NCBI GenBank assembly: GCA_963713045.1
Contig: CAVQKE010000005.1
Span: forward strand, 1-64,000
Origin: an uncultured delta proteobacterium
GTDB taxonomy: Bacteria; Myxococcota; Myxococcia; Myxococcales; Myxococcaceae
DNA length: 64,000 bases
Direction of reading: 5' to 3'
Shown: positions 22,092 to 30,821 of the stretch, in pieces
How positions within the stretch are numbered: position 1 is the first letter of the stretch
Layout: every line of letters starts with the position of its first letter
Position numbers and translations under genes: made by a program
Notes under the pieces: model-generated
Database searches by the model: none
The model's input: only the letters and a program-made list of their open reading frames with translations
Told to the model about the DNA's origin: nothing

Positions 22092-23321
22092 CTACTCCGC
22101 CCTCAACGCCTCCACCGGGTCCAGCTGCGCCGCCCGGGCGGCGGGCCAAATGCCAAACAAAAGCCCCACCCCGGCCGCGAAGCCAATGCCGCCCACGATG
22201 GTAAGGGGTTGCACCGCCGCCGCCAGTGGCGTCACCAGGGACACCAGCTTGGCGAGGCCCAGGCCGACCAGCGTCCCCAACGCGCCTCCCAGGGCGGAGA
22301 CGGCAGCGGCCTCGAGGAGAAACTGCGTCACAATGGTGCGCCGCCGGGCGCCCAGCGCGCGGCGGACGCCAATTTCCCGCGTCCTCTCCCGGACGGAAAC
22401 CAGCATCACATTCATAATTCCAATGCCGCCCACCAACAGCGTGATGAGGCCGATGCCGGTGGCCACGCCGTACAGGGCGCCGGTCAGTTGGGCGTAGGTG
22501 TTGGCCAGCATTTCTGGCCGGTTGATGCTGAAGTCATCCGCTTTCTCCGGAGGGATGGCGCGCGCGCGTCGCAGGGTGCTTTCCACCTTGTCCACGGTGC
22601 GCAGCACGTCCTCGCCGTCGGACACCGCGACACCAATGGTGATGCCGCGCTTCTTTCCAAAGTTGGCAAAGTAGCTGCGCAGGGGCACCATGGCTGTCAA
22701 GTCCTGGTTCTCCCCCAGAATTTTTCCCCGCCGCTGCAGGACGCCCACCACCCGGTAGGGACGCCCGTTGAGGCGCACGCCGTTGCCCACCGCCGAGCCA
22801 GTCGCGAAAAGGCCCTTGGCGACGTCCGCGCCAAGCACCACCACATTGGTGCCGTTGTCCGTGTCCCCCTGGGTGAGGAAGCGGCCGTCGGCCACTTCGT
22901 AGCCGCTGACTTGCGGGTATTCGGCAGTGGTGCCGACCAGGGCCACCGAAGACAGCTGCTCGCCGTGGGCGAAGACGTCCACATTCTGCTGCGTCATCGG
23001 CGCCACGGCACTCAACTCCGGCACCTGCTCGCGCAGGCTGTCCACCAACTGCACCGACAGCTCGCGGCGGTTGCGGTACTCCCACCAGTCCCCGCGCATC
23101 ACCCAGGGAAACTTGGAGACGTACATCGAATTGCTGCCCAGCTGGGCGAGTTGCCGGGCAAAGGAGACGTTGAGGCCCTGAATAATCCCAATGATGGCAA
23201 GGAGGGTGCAGACGCCAATGCCAATGCCCAAGGTGGTGAGCAGGGTCCGCAGCCGGTGGGCGCGAAGGCTGAAGAAGGCGATTTTTCCGCCTTCCAACAA
23301 GTCCACACGGATGCTCATCAC
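22092..23321 (-). CDS. MacB/FtsX-family ABC transporter permease
   Basis: RTLLTTLGIGIG, VGGIGIMNVMLVSVRERTREIGVRRALGA, PAARAAQLDPVEALR. Confidence 0.9.
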   Translation of the reverse strand: MMSIRVDLLEGGKIAFFSLRAHRLRTLLTTLGIGIGVCTLLAIIGIIQGLNVSFARQLAQLGSNSMYVSKFPWVMRGDWWEYRNRRELSVQLVDSLREQVPELSAVAPMTQQNVDVFAHGEQLSSVALVGTTAEYPQVSGYEVADGRFLTQGDTDNGTNVVVLGADVAKGLFATGSAVGNGVRLNGRPYRVVGVLQRRGKILGENQDLTAMVPLRSYFANFGKKRGITIGVAVSDGEDVLRTVDKVESTLRRARAIPPEKADDFSINRPEMLANTYAQLTGALYGVATGIGLITLLVGGIGIMNVMLVSVRERTREIGVRRALGARRRTIVTQFLLEAAAVSALGGALGTLVGLGLAKLVSLVTPLAAAVQPLTIVGGIGFAAGVGLLFGIWPAARAAQLDPVEALRAE

Positions 23322-23460
23322 TGGCCTTCCCTCTCGGCAGACCGCTGGCCCCTGGGGGCGGCCCCGGCCGTCCTACGGACGAAGCCGCCCGTCCATTGCA
23401 GCCGCCCCAGGGAAGGGTGTCAGGCCACACCCCCCGCGCCGCCGCGGGCCGGGCAAGCGC

Positions 23461-24393
23461 CTAGACACTGCGGCCACTGGCCATCCGTGCCCTGGTCGCG
23501 GCGCGGGTTTCCTCCAGTTCCTCCAGGGTGCGGGGCCAGTCTTCCTTGAGGAGGCGAGACAGCGAGCGGTCCGCCAGCAGCTTTCCGCCCGTCTGGCAGC
23601 TGGCGCAGTAGTTGGTTTCGTTGTCCGCGTGGACAATGCGCTGGACGGGCGCGCCGCACACCGGGCACGGCTGGCGGTAGCGGCCATGGACGGCCATGCC
23701 CTCGCGGAAGGCGGTGACTTTTTCTGGAAAGCCCCCTTCGGCCTCCTCGGCCAGGCGCTCTGACCACTCGCCGAGGACGGCGTGGGTGGCCAGGCGCAGC
23801 CGCTCCACTTCCTCGTCGGTCAGTTTTTGACTCAACGCCACTGGAGAAAGGCGGGCGCGGTGAAGAATTTCGTCGGAGTAGGCGTTGCCGATGGCGGCGA
23901 AGAGACGCGGGTCGGTGAGGGTGCGCTTGAGGGTATGGTTTTCCCGGCGGACGACGGCGGCAAATTCCTGGGGGCTGGCCAACAGGGGTTCCACCCCGCC
24001 GCGCCCCAGCGCCTGCAACTCGGCCTCGCCGCGCACCAGGTGCAGCTGGGCCCGCTTTTTCGGGCTGGCCTCGGTCAGCACCAACGTCCCGGTGGGAAAG
24101 TCGAAGGCGGCCAGGCCCACCCTCCCCGGCACCGGCGCCCTCGCCGGACGCCAATGCAGCCGGCCGGCCACCATCAGATGCAGCACCAGGAAAAGGCCGT
24201 CCTCCAGGACGAAGACCAGGCGTTTGCCGAGGCGGCGCAGGCCGACGACGCGTTTGCCGGTCGCCTCGCCGAGAGGCGGCTGGGCGGTGCGCAGCAGCGC
24301 CGGCCCTCGGACGCGGATGCCCTCCAGCGGCTGGCCCAGCACCCGGTCGGCGAGGGCACGCAGGTAGACGGTGAGGTCCGGATATTCGGGCAT
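23461..24393 (-). CDS. Fpg/Nei family DNA glycosylase
   Basis: N-terminal MPE, RLGKRL, HLMVAG, IGNAYSDEIL H2TH motif, CPVC..CASC zinc finger. Confidence 0.9.
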   Translation of the reverse strand: MPEYPDLTVYLRALADRVLGQPLEGIRVRGPALLRTAQPPLGEATGKRVVGLRRLGKRLVFVLEDGLFLVLHLMVAGRLHWRPARAPVPGRVGLAAFDFPTGTLVLTEASPKKRAQLHLVRGEAELQALGRGGVEPLLASPQEFAAVVRRENHTLKRTLTDPRLFAAIGNAYSDEILHRARLSPVALSQKLTDEEVERLRLATHAVLGEWSERLAEEAEGGFPEKVTAFREGMAVHGRYRQPCPVCGAPVQRIVHADNETNYCASCQTGGKLLADRSLSRLLKEDWPRTLEELEETRAATRARMASGRSV

Positions 24394-24422
24394 GGCGAAA
24401 TGTAGCGTCGAAGCGCGCCCCG

Positions 24423-25322
24423 TCACTTGGACTGAAAGAAGCTGGGCAGCGCCTCGGAGAGGTAGCCCTTGAGGGCGCGCGCCGCCGCGCTGAGGTACGT
24501 CTCCCCTCGGTGCAGCAGCGCCACCTGTCGCCGCACCCCCCCCTCCCCCACCTGCACCACTTCAAAGCCCCGGCCCGTCCGCTCGCGGGCCATGAGGGAG
24601 GGCATCAGGGAAAGGCCCAGTCCGCGCTCCACCATGCGGCGCATGCTTTCCGGGTTGTCCGTCTCGAGGACAATGTTCAGCGGCTCGCCGGCCGCCTCGG
24701 CTGCCGCCTCCAACGCCTGCGTGGCCGCCACCCCGGGCACCACCACCAGCGGCTCGCCCAACACCGCCCGCAGCGGCACCGGCCCCTTGGCCTGCGCCAG
24801 CTTGTGCCCGCGCGGCACGGCCAGGACGAAGTCCTCGGCCCACAGCTTCTGTGCCACCAGGTCCACCCGGCGGACCGGCAGATTCAGCACCGCCAAGTCG
24901 AGCTCGCCCTTGGCCACGCGTTCCTCGAGGTCTGCCGCTTTGCCCTCCAACAGGCGCACCCGCACGTCCGGGTGCTTCTTATGGAATCGGACGAGGAGGT
25001 CCGGCAGCAAATACGCGCCCACCGTCTGCAGCGTGCCCAGGGCGACCGAGCCCCGGGCCGTCTGGGCCATCTCCTGCACCTCCGAGGCGCCGCGGCGAAG
25101 CGAGTCCAGAGCCCGCTGCGCGTGCACCAGGTAGTGCTGCCCCGCCTCCGTCAGCACCACGCCTCGCGGCGTACGCACCAGAAGCCGCGTCCCGAGCTCC
25201 CGCTCCAGCGACTGAAGTTGCCTGCTCAAACCGGATTGGGAAACGCCCAGCCGGCTGGCCGCGGAGACAAAACGGCCCTCTTGGGCCAGCGTGAGGAAGG
25301 CGTCGAGTTGTTCGCTTGTCAT
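24423..25322 (-). CDS. LysR family transcriptional regulator
   Basis: AASRLGVSQSGLSRQLQSLERELG HTH plus substrate-binding domain. Confidence 0.93.
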   Translation of the reverse strand: MTSEQLDAFLTLAQEGRFVSAASRLGVSQSGLSRQLQSLERELGTRLLVRTPRGVVLTEAGQHYLVHAQRALDSLRRGASEVQEMAQTARGSVALGTLQTVGAYLLPDLLVRFHKKHPDVRVRLLEGKAADLEERVAKGELDLAVLNLPVRRVDLVAQKLWAEDFVLAVPRGHKLAQAKGPVPLRAVLGEPLVVVPGVAATQALEAAAEAAGEPLNIVLETDNPESMRRMVERGLGLSLMPSLMARERTGRGFEVVQVGEGGVRRQVALLHRGETYLSAAARALKGYLSEALPSFFQSK

Positions 25323-25351
25323 GCAGTGGCGGCAAGCAGGGTATGCGCTAA

Positions 25352-25366
25352 ATGCGTTTATGGCAT
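25352..25366. promoter_or_regulatory. Putative LysR box (T-N11-A)
   Basis: ATGC-GTTTATG-GCAT dyad between divergent lysR and MFS genes. Confidence 0.55.
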
Positions 25367-25410
25367 GGCGGGGTGCCTCTTACACTCTCCGCTTGCGAGC
25401 GAGTGCGTCG

Positions 25411-26802
25411 ATGACAAGTGGCCAGTCCCTGGACGTCACCTTGCCGGGGCGGGCGCGCCGGATGGCAACGGCGGCGGTGCTGTTGGGGCTGGTGATGGCG
25501 GCCTTCGAGACGACGGTTGTCACGACGGCCATGCCGACGTTGACGGCGGAGCTGGGGGGCCGGCAGCTGTACGCCTGGGCCTTCACCGCGTTTTTTCTGG
25601 CCTCCACGTTGGGCGTCCTCATTTCCGGGGGCCTCGCCGACGGACTCGGCCGGCGGGCCACCTTTCTCGGCGGGCTCGCCGTCTTCTTGCTGGGTACCAC
25701 CTTGTGCGGCTTCTCGCAGTCGGTGCCGGAGCTGATTGGCTTTCGCATGGTGCAGGGCCTCGGCGCCGGAGCGCTCCAGCCGACGACACTCACCATTGCT
25801 TCGGACCTCTACAGTCTGAAGGAACGCGCTGCCATCCAGAGCCTCTTCACCGGCTGCTGGGGCACGGCCTCGGTGGTGGGGCCGCTGTTGGGCGCTTTCC
25901 TGACGCAGCACGCCAGTTGGCGCTGGGTGTTTTGGGTGAATGTCCCGGTCGGGGTGGCGGCGGCCATTCTGCTTCAGGCCTCCTACCGCGACCCCCCGCG
26001 TCTCAGGACGCACCGATTGGAAACCACCGGGCCGCTGCTGGCTGGCGCCACGCTGGCCCTCACCCTGCTTGCGCTCGAGCCGCGCCAGCTGGCCGGCGCC
26101 CTTCAACTGCTGGCCGGCCTCGGCGCCGGGGCCGTCGGGGTGGTGCTTCTGCAGCAGCAGCGGCGCTCCGGGCGCCCAGTGCTGCCGCTGCACCTCTTCC
26201 GGGACAGCACGGTGTTGTCCGGCGTGGTGGGCGGATTGGTGGCCGGCGGCGTCCTGTACGGGACGAGCGCCTACGTGCCCCTGTGGCTGGTCTCCGGCGG
26301 GCAGCGCAGCGCGCTGACGGCCGGAGCGGCGCTGGTGCCGTTGCTGGTGGGCTGGGCAGTGGGCTCGGCGTTGGGCGTCCGGGTGTTGTTGCGCGGTGGC
26401 CTGCGGGCCAGCGCCGCCGGCGGCTTCGCGGTAGCGGCCGTCGGTGCGGCCCTCCTCGCGGCCGCGCTGGTGCTGGGCTGGGGGGACGCGGCCACTTTTG
26501 GCGCGCTGGCCATTGTCGGCTTGGGCCTCGGGCCGGCGGCCAGCACCAGCATTTTTGCCCCGCAACAGCGCGTGCCGTGGCACCAGCGGGGCGCCGTCAC
26601 CAGCGCCCTCTACGCCTGCCGCATGTTGGGGGGTTCCCTCACCATCGCCCTGCTAAACCTGGCGCAGGGGCGGCTGACGGTGCAGGCCTGCCTCCTCGCC
26701 GTGGTGCCGCTGTTGGGTGCACTGGCCCTGGCCCGGCTGGCGCCATCGACGCTGGTCGGCCAAGCCCCGGAGTCCAGTACCGAGGCGGCCATCTCGAAGT
26801 AG
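25411..26802 (+). CDS. MFS drug:H+ antiporter (DHA2-like)
   Basis: ETTVVTTAMP, GGLADGLGRR, RMVQGLGAG, GPLLG, WRWVFWVNVP. Confidence 0.9.
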   Translation: MTSGQSLDVTLPGRARRMATAAVLLGLVMAAFETTVVTTAMPTLTAELGGRQLYAWAFTAFFLASTLGVLISGGLADGLGRRATFLGGLAVFLLGTTLCGFSQSVPELIGFRMVQGLGAGALQPTTLTIASDLYSLKERAAIQSLFTGCWGTASVVGPLLGAFLTQHASWRWVFWVNVPVGVAAAILLQASYRDPPRLRTHRLETTGPLLAGATLALTLLALEPRQLAGALQLLAGLGAGAVGVVLLQQQRRSGRPVLPLHLFRDSTVLSGVVGGLVAGGVLYGTSAYVPLWLVSGGQRSALTAGAALVPLLVGWAVGSALGVRVLLRGGLRASAAGGFAVAAVGAALLAAALVLGWGDAATFGALAIVGLGLGPAASTSIFAPQQRVPWHQRGAVTSALYACRMLGGSLTIALLNLAQGRLTVQACLLAVVPLLGALALARLAPSTLVGQAPESSTEAAISK

Positions 26803-26815
26803 CCTCGTTGGGCCC

Positions 26816-27934
26816 ATGGCCTCCCGCACCGACGAAGGGCCCGTCCTCGAGAAGGCGCACATCTTCTGCTACCGACTGTTTGACGTGGCCGAGGAGATTG
26901 ACCTCGACGCGGCCCAGCGGCTTTTGGCGCGGGACACGCGGCGCGTTCGGCTGACGCGGGCCGGCGCGGAATACCTGCTTCTGCCGAATCCGCCCCTGGC
27001 GGTGGAGCTCGGCCAGCGGACGTTGGCCGCCAGCGGCGGCCCGCTGGTGGTGGAGGTGGTGGGCCGCCTGTTTGACCATGGCAGTGTCAGCATCCGGCTG
27101 CGCGTCCCAGTGTCGCCCGGCACCAACCTCGGCGCCCTCATCCCTCTGGCCGACGAATTGTATGACAGCCCGGCCGTCGACGCGCTGGCCCTGGACGTCC
27201 TGGAGTCGCTGCGGCCCGGCATGGCGCCGGCCCTGCGCCTGCCGAAGTTGTGGGACCAAAGCGAGAGTTATGCCGTCCACTTCGTCGAGCGGATTCAAGG
27301 CTCGCCCCGGGCGGATGGGGTGTTGGCCTGGCCAGGGCTTGCCCCTCTGCTGCTGGGGGAAACGAAGGAGGCGCGGCTGAGCGAGCGCGAGCGCAGCGAC
27401 GTCACCGCACAGCACTTGAGTTATGGAGAGTATGACTTGGTGGTGGTGGACTGGAATGCGGCCTTTGTCTATGAGCCCAGCGGCTCCACCGACATTCCGG
27501 ACATTCTCGAAATTTCCAACGCGCAGCTCCTGGAGTTTCGCTACTACGACAACCAGCTCGACCGGCAACTCGCCCGGGTCGGCGAGACACTGCGGCGCAC
27601 GCGCCGGCGCGGCATTCCGCTCTTCCGCAGCACCGACGCCCCGCTTGCTCGCAGCGTGCAGCTGACCCTGATTGAGATGTCCGAAGCGCTGGAGCGCGTG
27701 GAAAATTCCCTCAAAGTCATCGGCGACTTTTACCTGGCCAAAGTCTACGAGGCGGCGCTCGAGCAGCTGCGGGTGGATGACTGGAAGGCCTCGGTGCAGC
27801 GCAAGCAACAGACGCTGGGCGACGTCTACCAGTGGCTCAAAGGCGAGGTGGACACGGCGCGCTCGCTCACCCTGGAAGTGATGATTGTGGTGCTCATCGT
27901 GGTGGAAGTGGCACTCGCCTTCTTCCGGCGTTAG
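26816..27934 (+). CDS. Hypothetical protein, RMD1/DUF155-like, C-terminal TM helix
   Basis: YRLFDVAEEIDL, ANAQLLEFRYYD-like segment, LEVMIVVLIVVE terminal helix. Confidence 0.6.
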   Translation: MASRTDEGPVLEKAHIFCYRLFDVAEEIDLDAAQRLLARDTRRVRLTRAGAEYLLLPNPPLAVELGQRTLAASGGPLVVEVVGRLFDHGSVSIRLRVPVSPGTNLGALIPLADELYDSPAVDALALDVLESLRPGMAPALRLPKLWDQSESYAVHFVERIQGSPRADGVLAWPGLAPLLLGETKEARLSERERSDVTAQHLSYGEYDLVVVDWNAAFVYEPSGSTDIPDILEISNAQLLEFRYYDNQLDRQLARVGETLRRTRRRGIPLFRSTDAPLARSVQLTLIEMSEALERVENSLKVIGDFYLAKVYEAALEQLRVDDWKASVQRKQQTLGDVYQWLKGEVDTARSLTLEVMIVVLIVVEVALAFFRR

Positions 27935-27958
27935 CGCCACCTTCTGTCTTCCACGGGC

Positions 27959-28345
27959 TTAGCGGGCCGAGGCGTCTCTCTGGTGGAGGCCGAAGAGGTT
28001 GCCCTCGGTGTCCTTGGCGTACCCCACCCAGCCGACGCCAGGCACGGCCGTCCTCGGCACGGCAATTCTCCCGCCGAGGGCCAGCACCCGGGCCAGCGCT
28101 TCATCGACGCTGGCCACGTTCACCGTGCATGGGTAGGCATTCACGGCTTGGCCGTCCTCTGGCGGCGGTCCCCGACGTTGGACCAGGCCTCCGTCAATGC
28201 CCGGCTCGCCCGCCTCCCCCGTCTTCACCAACCAGTAGCCGGCCGTGCCCCAAGGCGTGAATTTCCACCCGAAGAGGGCGCCATAAAACGCCATCGCCAC
28301 CTCCGGGTGGGTGGCGTGAATTTCAAAGTGGACCGGACGCGGCAT
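27959..28345 (-). CDS. VOC/glyoxalase family protein
   Basis: PVHFEI, FYGALFGW, GIDGG, KDTEGNLFGL. Confidence 0.9.
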   Translation of the reverse strand: MPRPVHFEIHATHPEVAMAFYGALFGWKFTPWGTAGYWLVKTGEAGEPGIDGGLVQRRGPPPEDGQAVNAYPCTVNVASVDEALARVLALGGRIAVPRTAVPGVGWVGYAKDTEGNLFGLHQRDASAR

Positions 28346-28431
28346 ACCCTGGGGGGCCTCGCTGTAAACCAGCCGCCCGCCAGCGCACCAGCGTTTTGCA
28401 GCCAGCAGCACTCGGCTGGCCTGCCGGGCCG

Positions 28432-29007
28432 CTACCGACGCGGGGGCGACGCCTGGCGGAGGGCGAGCAGCCACTCAGCAAAGTCCCGGAAGGCGCCCGC
28501 GCCCCCGGCGGCACGGCATCGGTGGTGGACTCGGCGCACCACATCCGGCACCGCGTCCCTCGGCGCGCCGGTCAGGCCCTCGGGAGCCAAGGCGTCCAGG
28601 ACGGCGACGTCGTTGACGTCGTCGCCAATGTACGCCACCTCGGACAGCTGAAGGCCTTCTTGCGCAAACAGGGCGGCCAGGGCCGCCCGCTTGTCCTTCA
28701 CCCCCAACAGCAGGTGGCGAATGCCCAGCTTCTCCGCGCGGCGAGTGAACGAGGGGCTCACCTCGCCGGACACCATGCCGCTCTCAATGCCGGCCTGGCG
28801 CAGCCGGTCCACGCCCATGCCGTCGCGAATGCTGAAGCGCTTGAAGACTTCTCCGGACTCTCCGTAGAAGACGCCCGAGTCGGTCAGCACGCCGTCGCAG
28901 TCCGCCAGCACGAGGCGGATGCGCCCTGCCCGCCGTCGCGCCTCGGCCGGTGGCAACGCGGCCCGCGCCGGCGCTCGCTTTCCGCCGCGCGGCGTCACCT
29001 CGCCCAC
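28432..29007 (-). CDS. kdsC: KDO 8-phosphate phosphatase (HAD, KdsC family)
   Basis: DCDGVLTD, FSIRDGMG, YIGDDVND, GGAGAFR. Confidence 0.85.
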   Translation of the reverse strand: MGEVTPRGGKRAPARAALPPAEARRRAGRIRLVLADCDGVLTDSGVFYGESGEVFKRFSIRDGMGVDRLRQAGIESGMVSGEVSPSFTRRAEKLGIRHLLLGVKDKRAALAALFAQEGLQLSEVAYIGDDVNDVAVLDALAPEGLTGAPRDAVPDVVRRVHHRCRAAGGAGAFRDFAEWLLALRQASPPRR

Positions 29008-29873
29008 CTAGCAGGGCGGCCCTTCAACGTCTTGGCCCCCACCGCGTCACACCAGGCCAAGAAGCGCTCGCGCGGGACGCCGGTGTGCGCCAACTCCTCC
29101 AGGGACGTGGAGATGGGCGCGTCGGTGCGCAGCGTGGCCAGCGTCCGGTACAAAAAGGCGTCCGCCCGCCGCTCGGCCCAAGTCGCGGCCAGTTTCTCGC
29201 GCGAGCGCAAGTCAGAAGGCCAGCGGGTCACCTCGGTGGGAATGGACTCGAGGGGCCCGAAGGCCCGCAGAACCGCGGCCGCCCCCTTCTCGCCGAAGCC
29301 GGGGAGGCCGGGGATGCCATCGGCGTCATCCCCCACCAACGCCAGCCAGTCCGGAATCAGCGCCGGCGGAATGCCGCGGAGCGACGTCACCGCGGCCTGG
29401 TCCAACTCCTTGCCCCGCATCCGGTCGACTTGCACCACGCGGCGGTCGCGGACGCACTGGCCCAAGTCCTTGTCCGGGGTGAGGAGGCGCACTTGTTCCA
29501 CCGCCTCGGCGAAGCGCGCCGCCCCGGTTGCCATGGCGTCATCCGCCTCGAAGTCGCGCATCGACCAGACGACAATGCCGCAGGCCCGCGTCCCGTCCTC
29601 GGCCGCGTCAAACTGGGCCAACAATTCCTCCGGCACCCCTGCGTCCGTCTTGTACCCTTCAAACAGCTGGTTGCGGAAGGAGACAATCGGGTTGTCGAAA
29701 GCCACCGCCAGGTGCGTCACCTTCTCCTGGCTGTCGGCGAGGAGGGCCAGCAGCGAGGCCACCAGGCCGACGGTGGCCTTCCTGTCCCGTCCCGCGCCAT
29801 CGACGTGGCCCGGGCGAGGGCTGAAGTGCGCCCGGAAAAGTTCATAGGTCCCGTCGACGAGGTGGAGGCGCAT
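28995..29873 (-). CDS. Stand-alone 5'-3' exonuclease / flap endonuclease
   Basis: LVDGTYELFRA, FRNQLFEGYK, EADD, DKDL, LVGDDADGIPG. Confidence 0.9.
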   Translation of the reverse strand: MRLHLVDGTYELFRAHFSPRPGHVDGAGRDRKATVGLVASLLALLADSQEKVTHLAVAFDNPIVSFRNQLFEGYKTDAGVPEELLAQFDAAEDGTRACGIVVWSMRDFEADDAMATGAARFAEAVEQVRLLTPDKDLGQCVRDRRVVQVDRMRGKELDQAAVTSLRGIPPALIPDWLALVGDDADGIPGLPGFGEKGAAAVLRAFGPLESIPTEVTRWPSDLRSREKLAATWAERRADAFLYRTLATLRTDAPISTSLEELAHTGVPRERFLAWCDAVGAKTLKGRPARWAR

Positions 29874-29899
29874 GTCGCTTCGGGGGGGAAGCGTGCGCT

Positions 29900-30571
29900 T
29901 TAGATGCTTAAGAAGACAATCCGCACGCCGAGGGTCAGCCAGAAGTGGATGGCCCGCTGGGAGATGAGGCCCGAAACCGCTGGCATGCTGAGGACGCCAT
30001 TTCGGTACTCGCCCATGGAAAAGTCGAAGAAGGGCCCGAAGCGGATGTCCTTGTTGAGGCGGAAGTCGATGCCCAATGGAACGTCCAACCAGGTGAAGCC
30101 GTTGTACTGCAGGGTGGAAGTCAGACCGCCGGCCGAGACGTCCACATACAGCCATTCGTAGCCGGCCCCGAGGCCGATGTACGGGTCCAGCCCGCGGCTT
30201 CCCAAGGGGTGCCACTGCACGGTGAAGCCAGTGTGAAAGGTGTAGGAGGTGCAGCTGTAGCCGGTGGTTGTGCAGGCGCCCAGCTTGGTGCCGTTGGGGG
30301 AGCCGAAAGGCCCGTAGCTGAATGTGCCGCCGACGAAGACCGTGCCTCCAATGCGGTAGCCCACCGCCAGGCCGAAGGGCACCGCGAAGTTGATGGCGTC
30401 GGACTCATTCACCCCGTTGACGGCACTGCCCAGCGGCAAGGCGAACCCCGCGTTGAGGCTGATTTCCCCAAAACCGGCTTCGTATTCATCCGACGAGGTG
30501 TACTGGGCCAGCGCAGGGGAAGCAGCAAGCAAAAGGCCAACTACCAGTCCGGCGGTCGAAGTGCGTTTCAT
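29900..30571 (-). CDS. Outer-membrane beta-barrel protein
   Basis: Signal peptide (ALA|Q), alternating aromatic beta strands, DPYIGLGAGY, Cys pair CTTTGYSC. Confidence 0.7.
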   Translation of the reverse strand: MKRTSTAGLVVGLLLAASPALAQYTSSDEYEAGFGEISLNAGFALPLGSAVNGVNESDAINFAVPFGLAVGYRIGGTVFVGGTFSYGPFGSPNGTKLGACTTTGYSCTSYTFHTGFTVQWHPLGSRGLDPYIGLGAGYEWLYVDVSAGGLTSTLQYNGFTWLDVPLGIDFRLNKDIRFGPFFDFSMGEYRNGVLSMPAVSGLISQRAIHFWLTLGVRIVFLSI

Positions 30572-30821
30572 TCTTTCACGGGGGCGCCTGGGTGCGCCGG
30601 CCGCCACAGCCGGACGCACCGCGCAGCGCTCGTCTTCACTGAAGCGTACCCGGCGGACCCGCCCAACGCACTTTTTCGCCTCGCACGGCCGCGGCTCGCC
30701 GTCCCCACCGCCAGCGCCGTGCAACAGCAGGCCGACGCAGGGGCGCACCCACTCCGACAGCCTCTTACCTCTGCTGCCACCCGGGGGGGGGCGCGGAGAG
30801 TCAGCGTCCTTCAGCTGCGCG

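Noticed and set aside
20581..26954. Long overlapping ORFs (e.g. 20581-22497, 21597-23549, 24510-26954; also the 5' extensions of 43801-45837 and 47972-49951)
   Set aside because: Shadow or antisense frames expected in high-GC DNA; Arg/Pro/Gly-rich with no motifs and overlapping well-supported genes.
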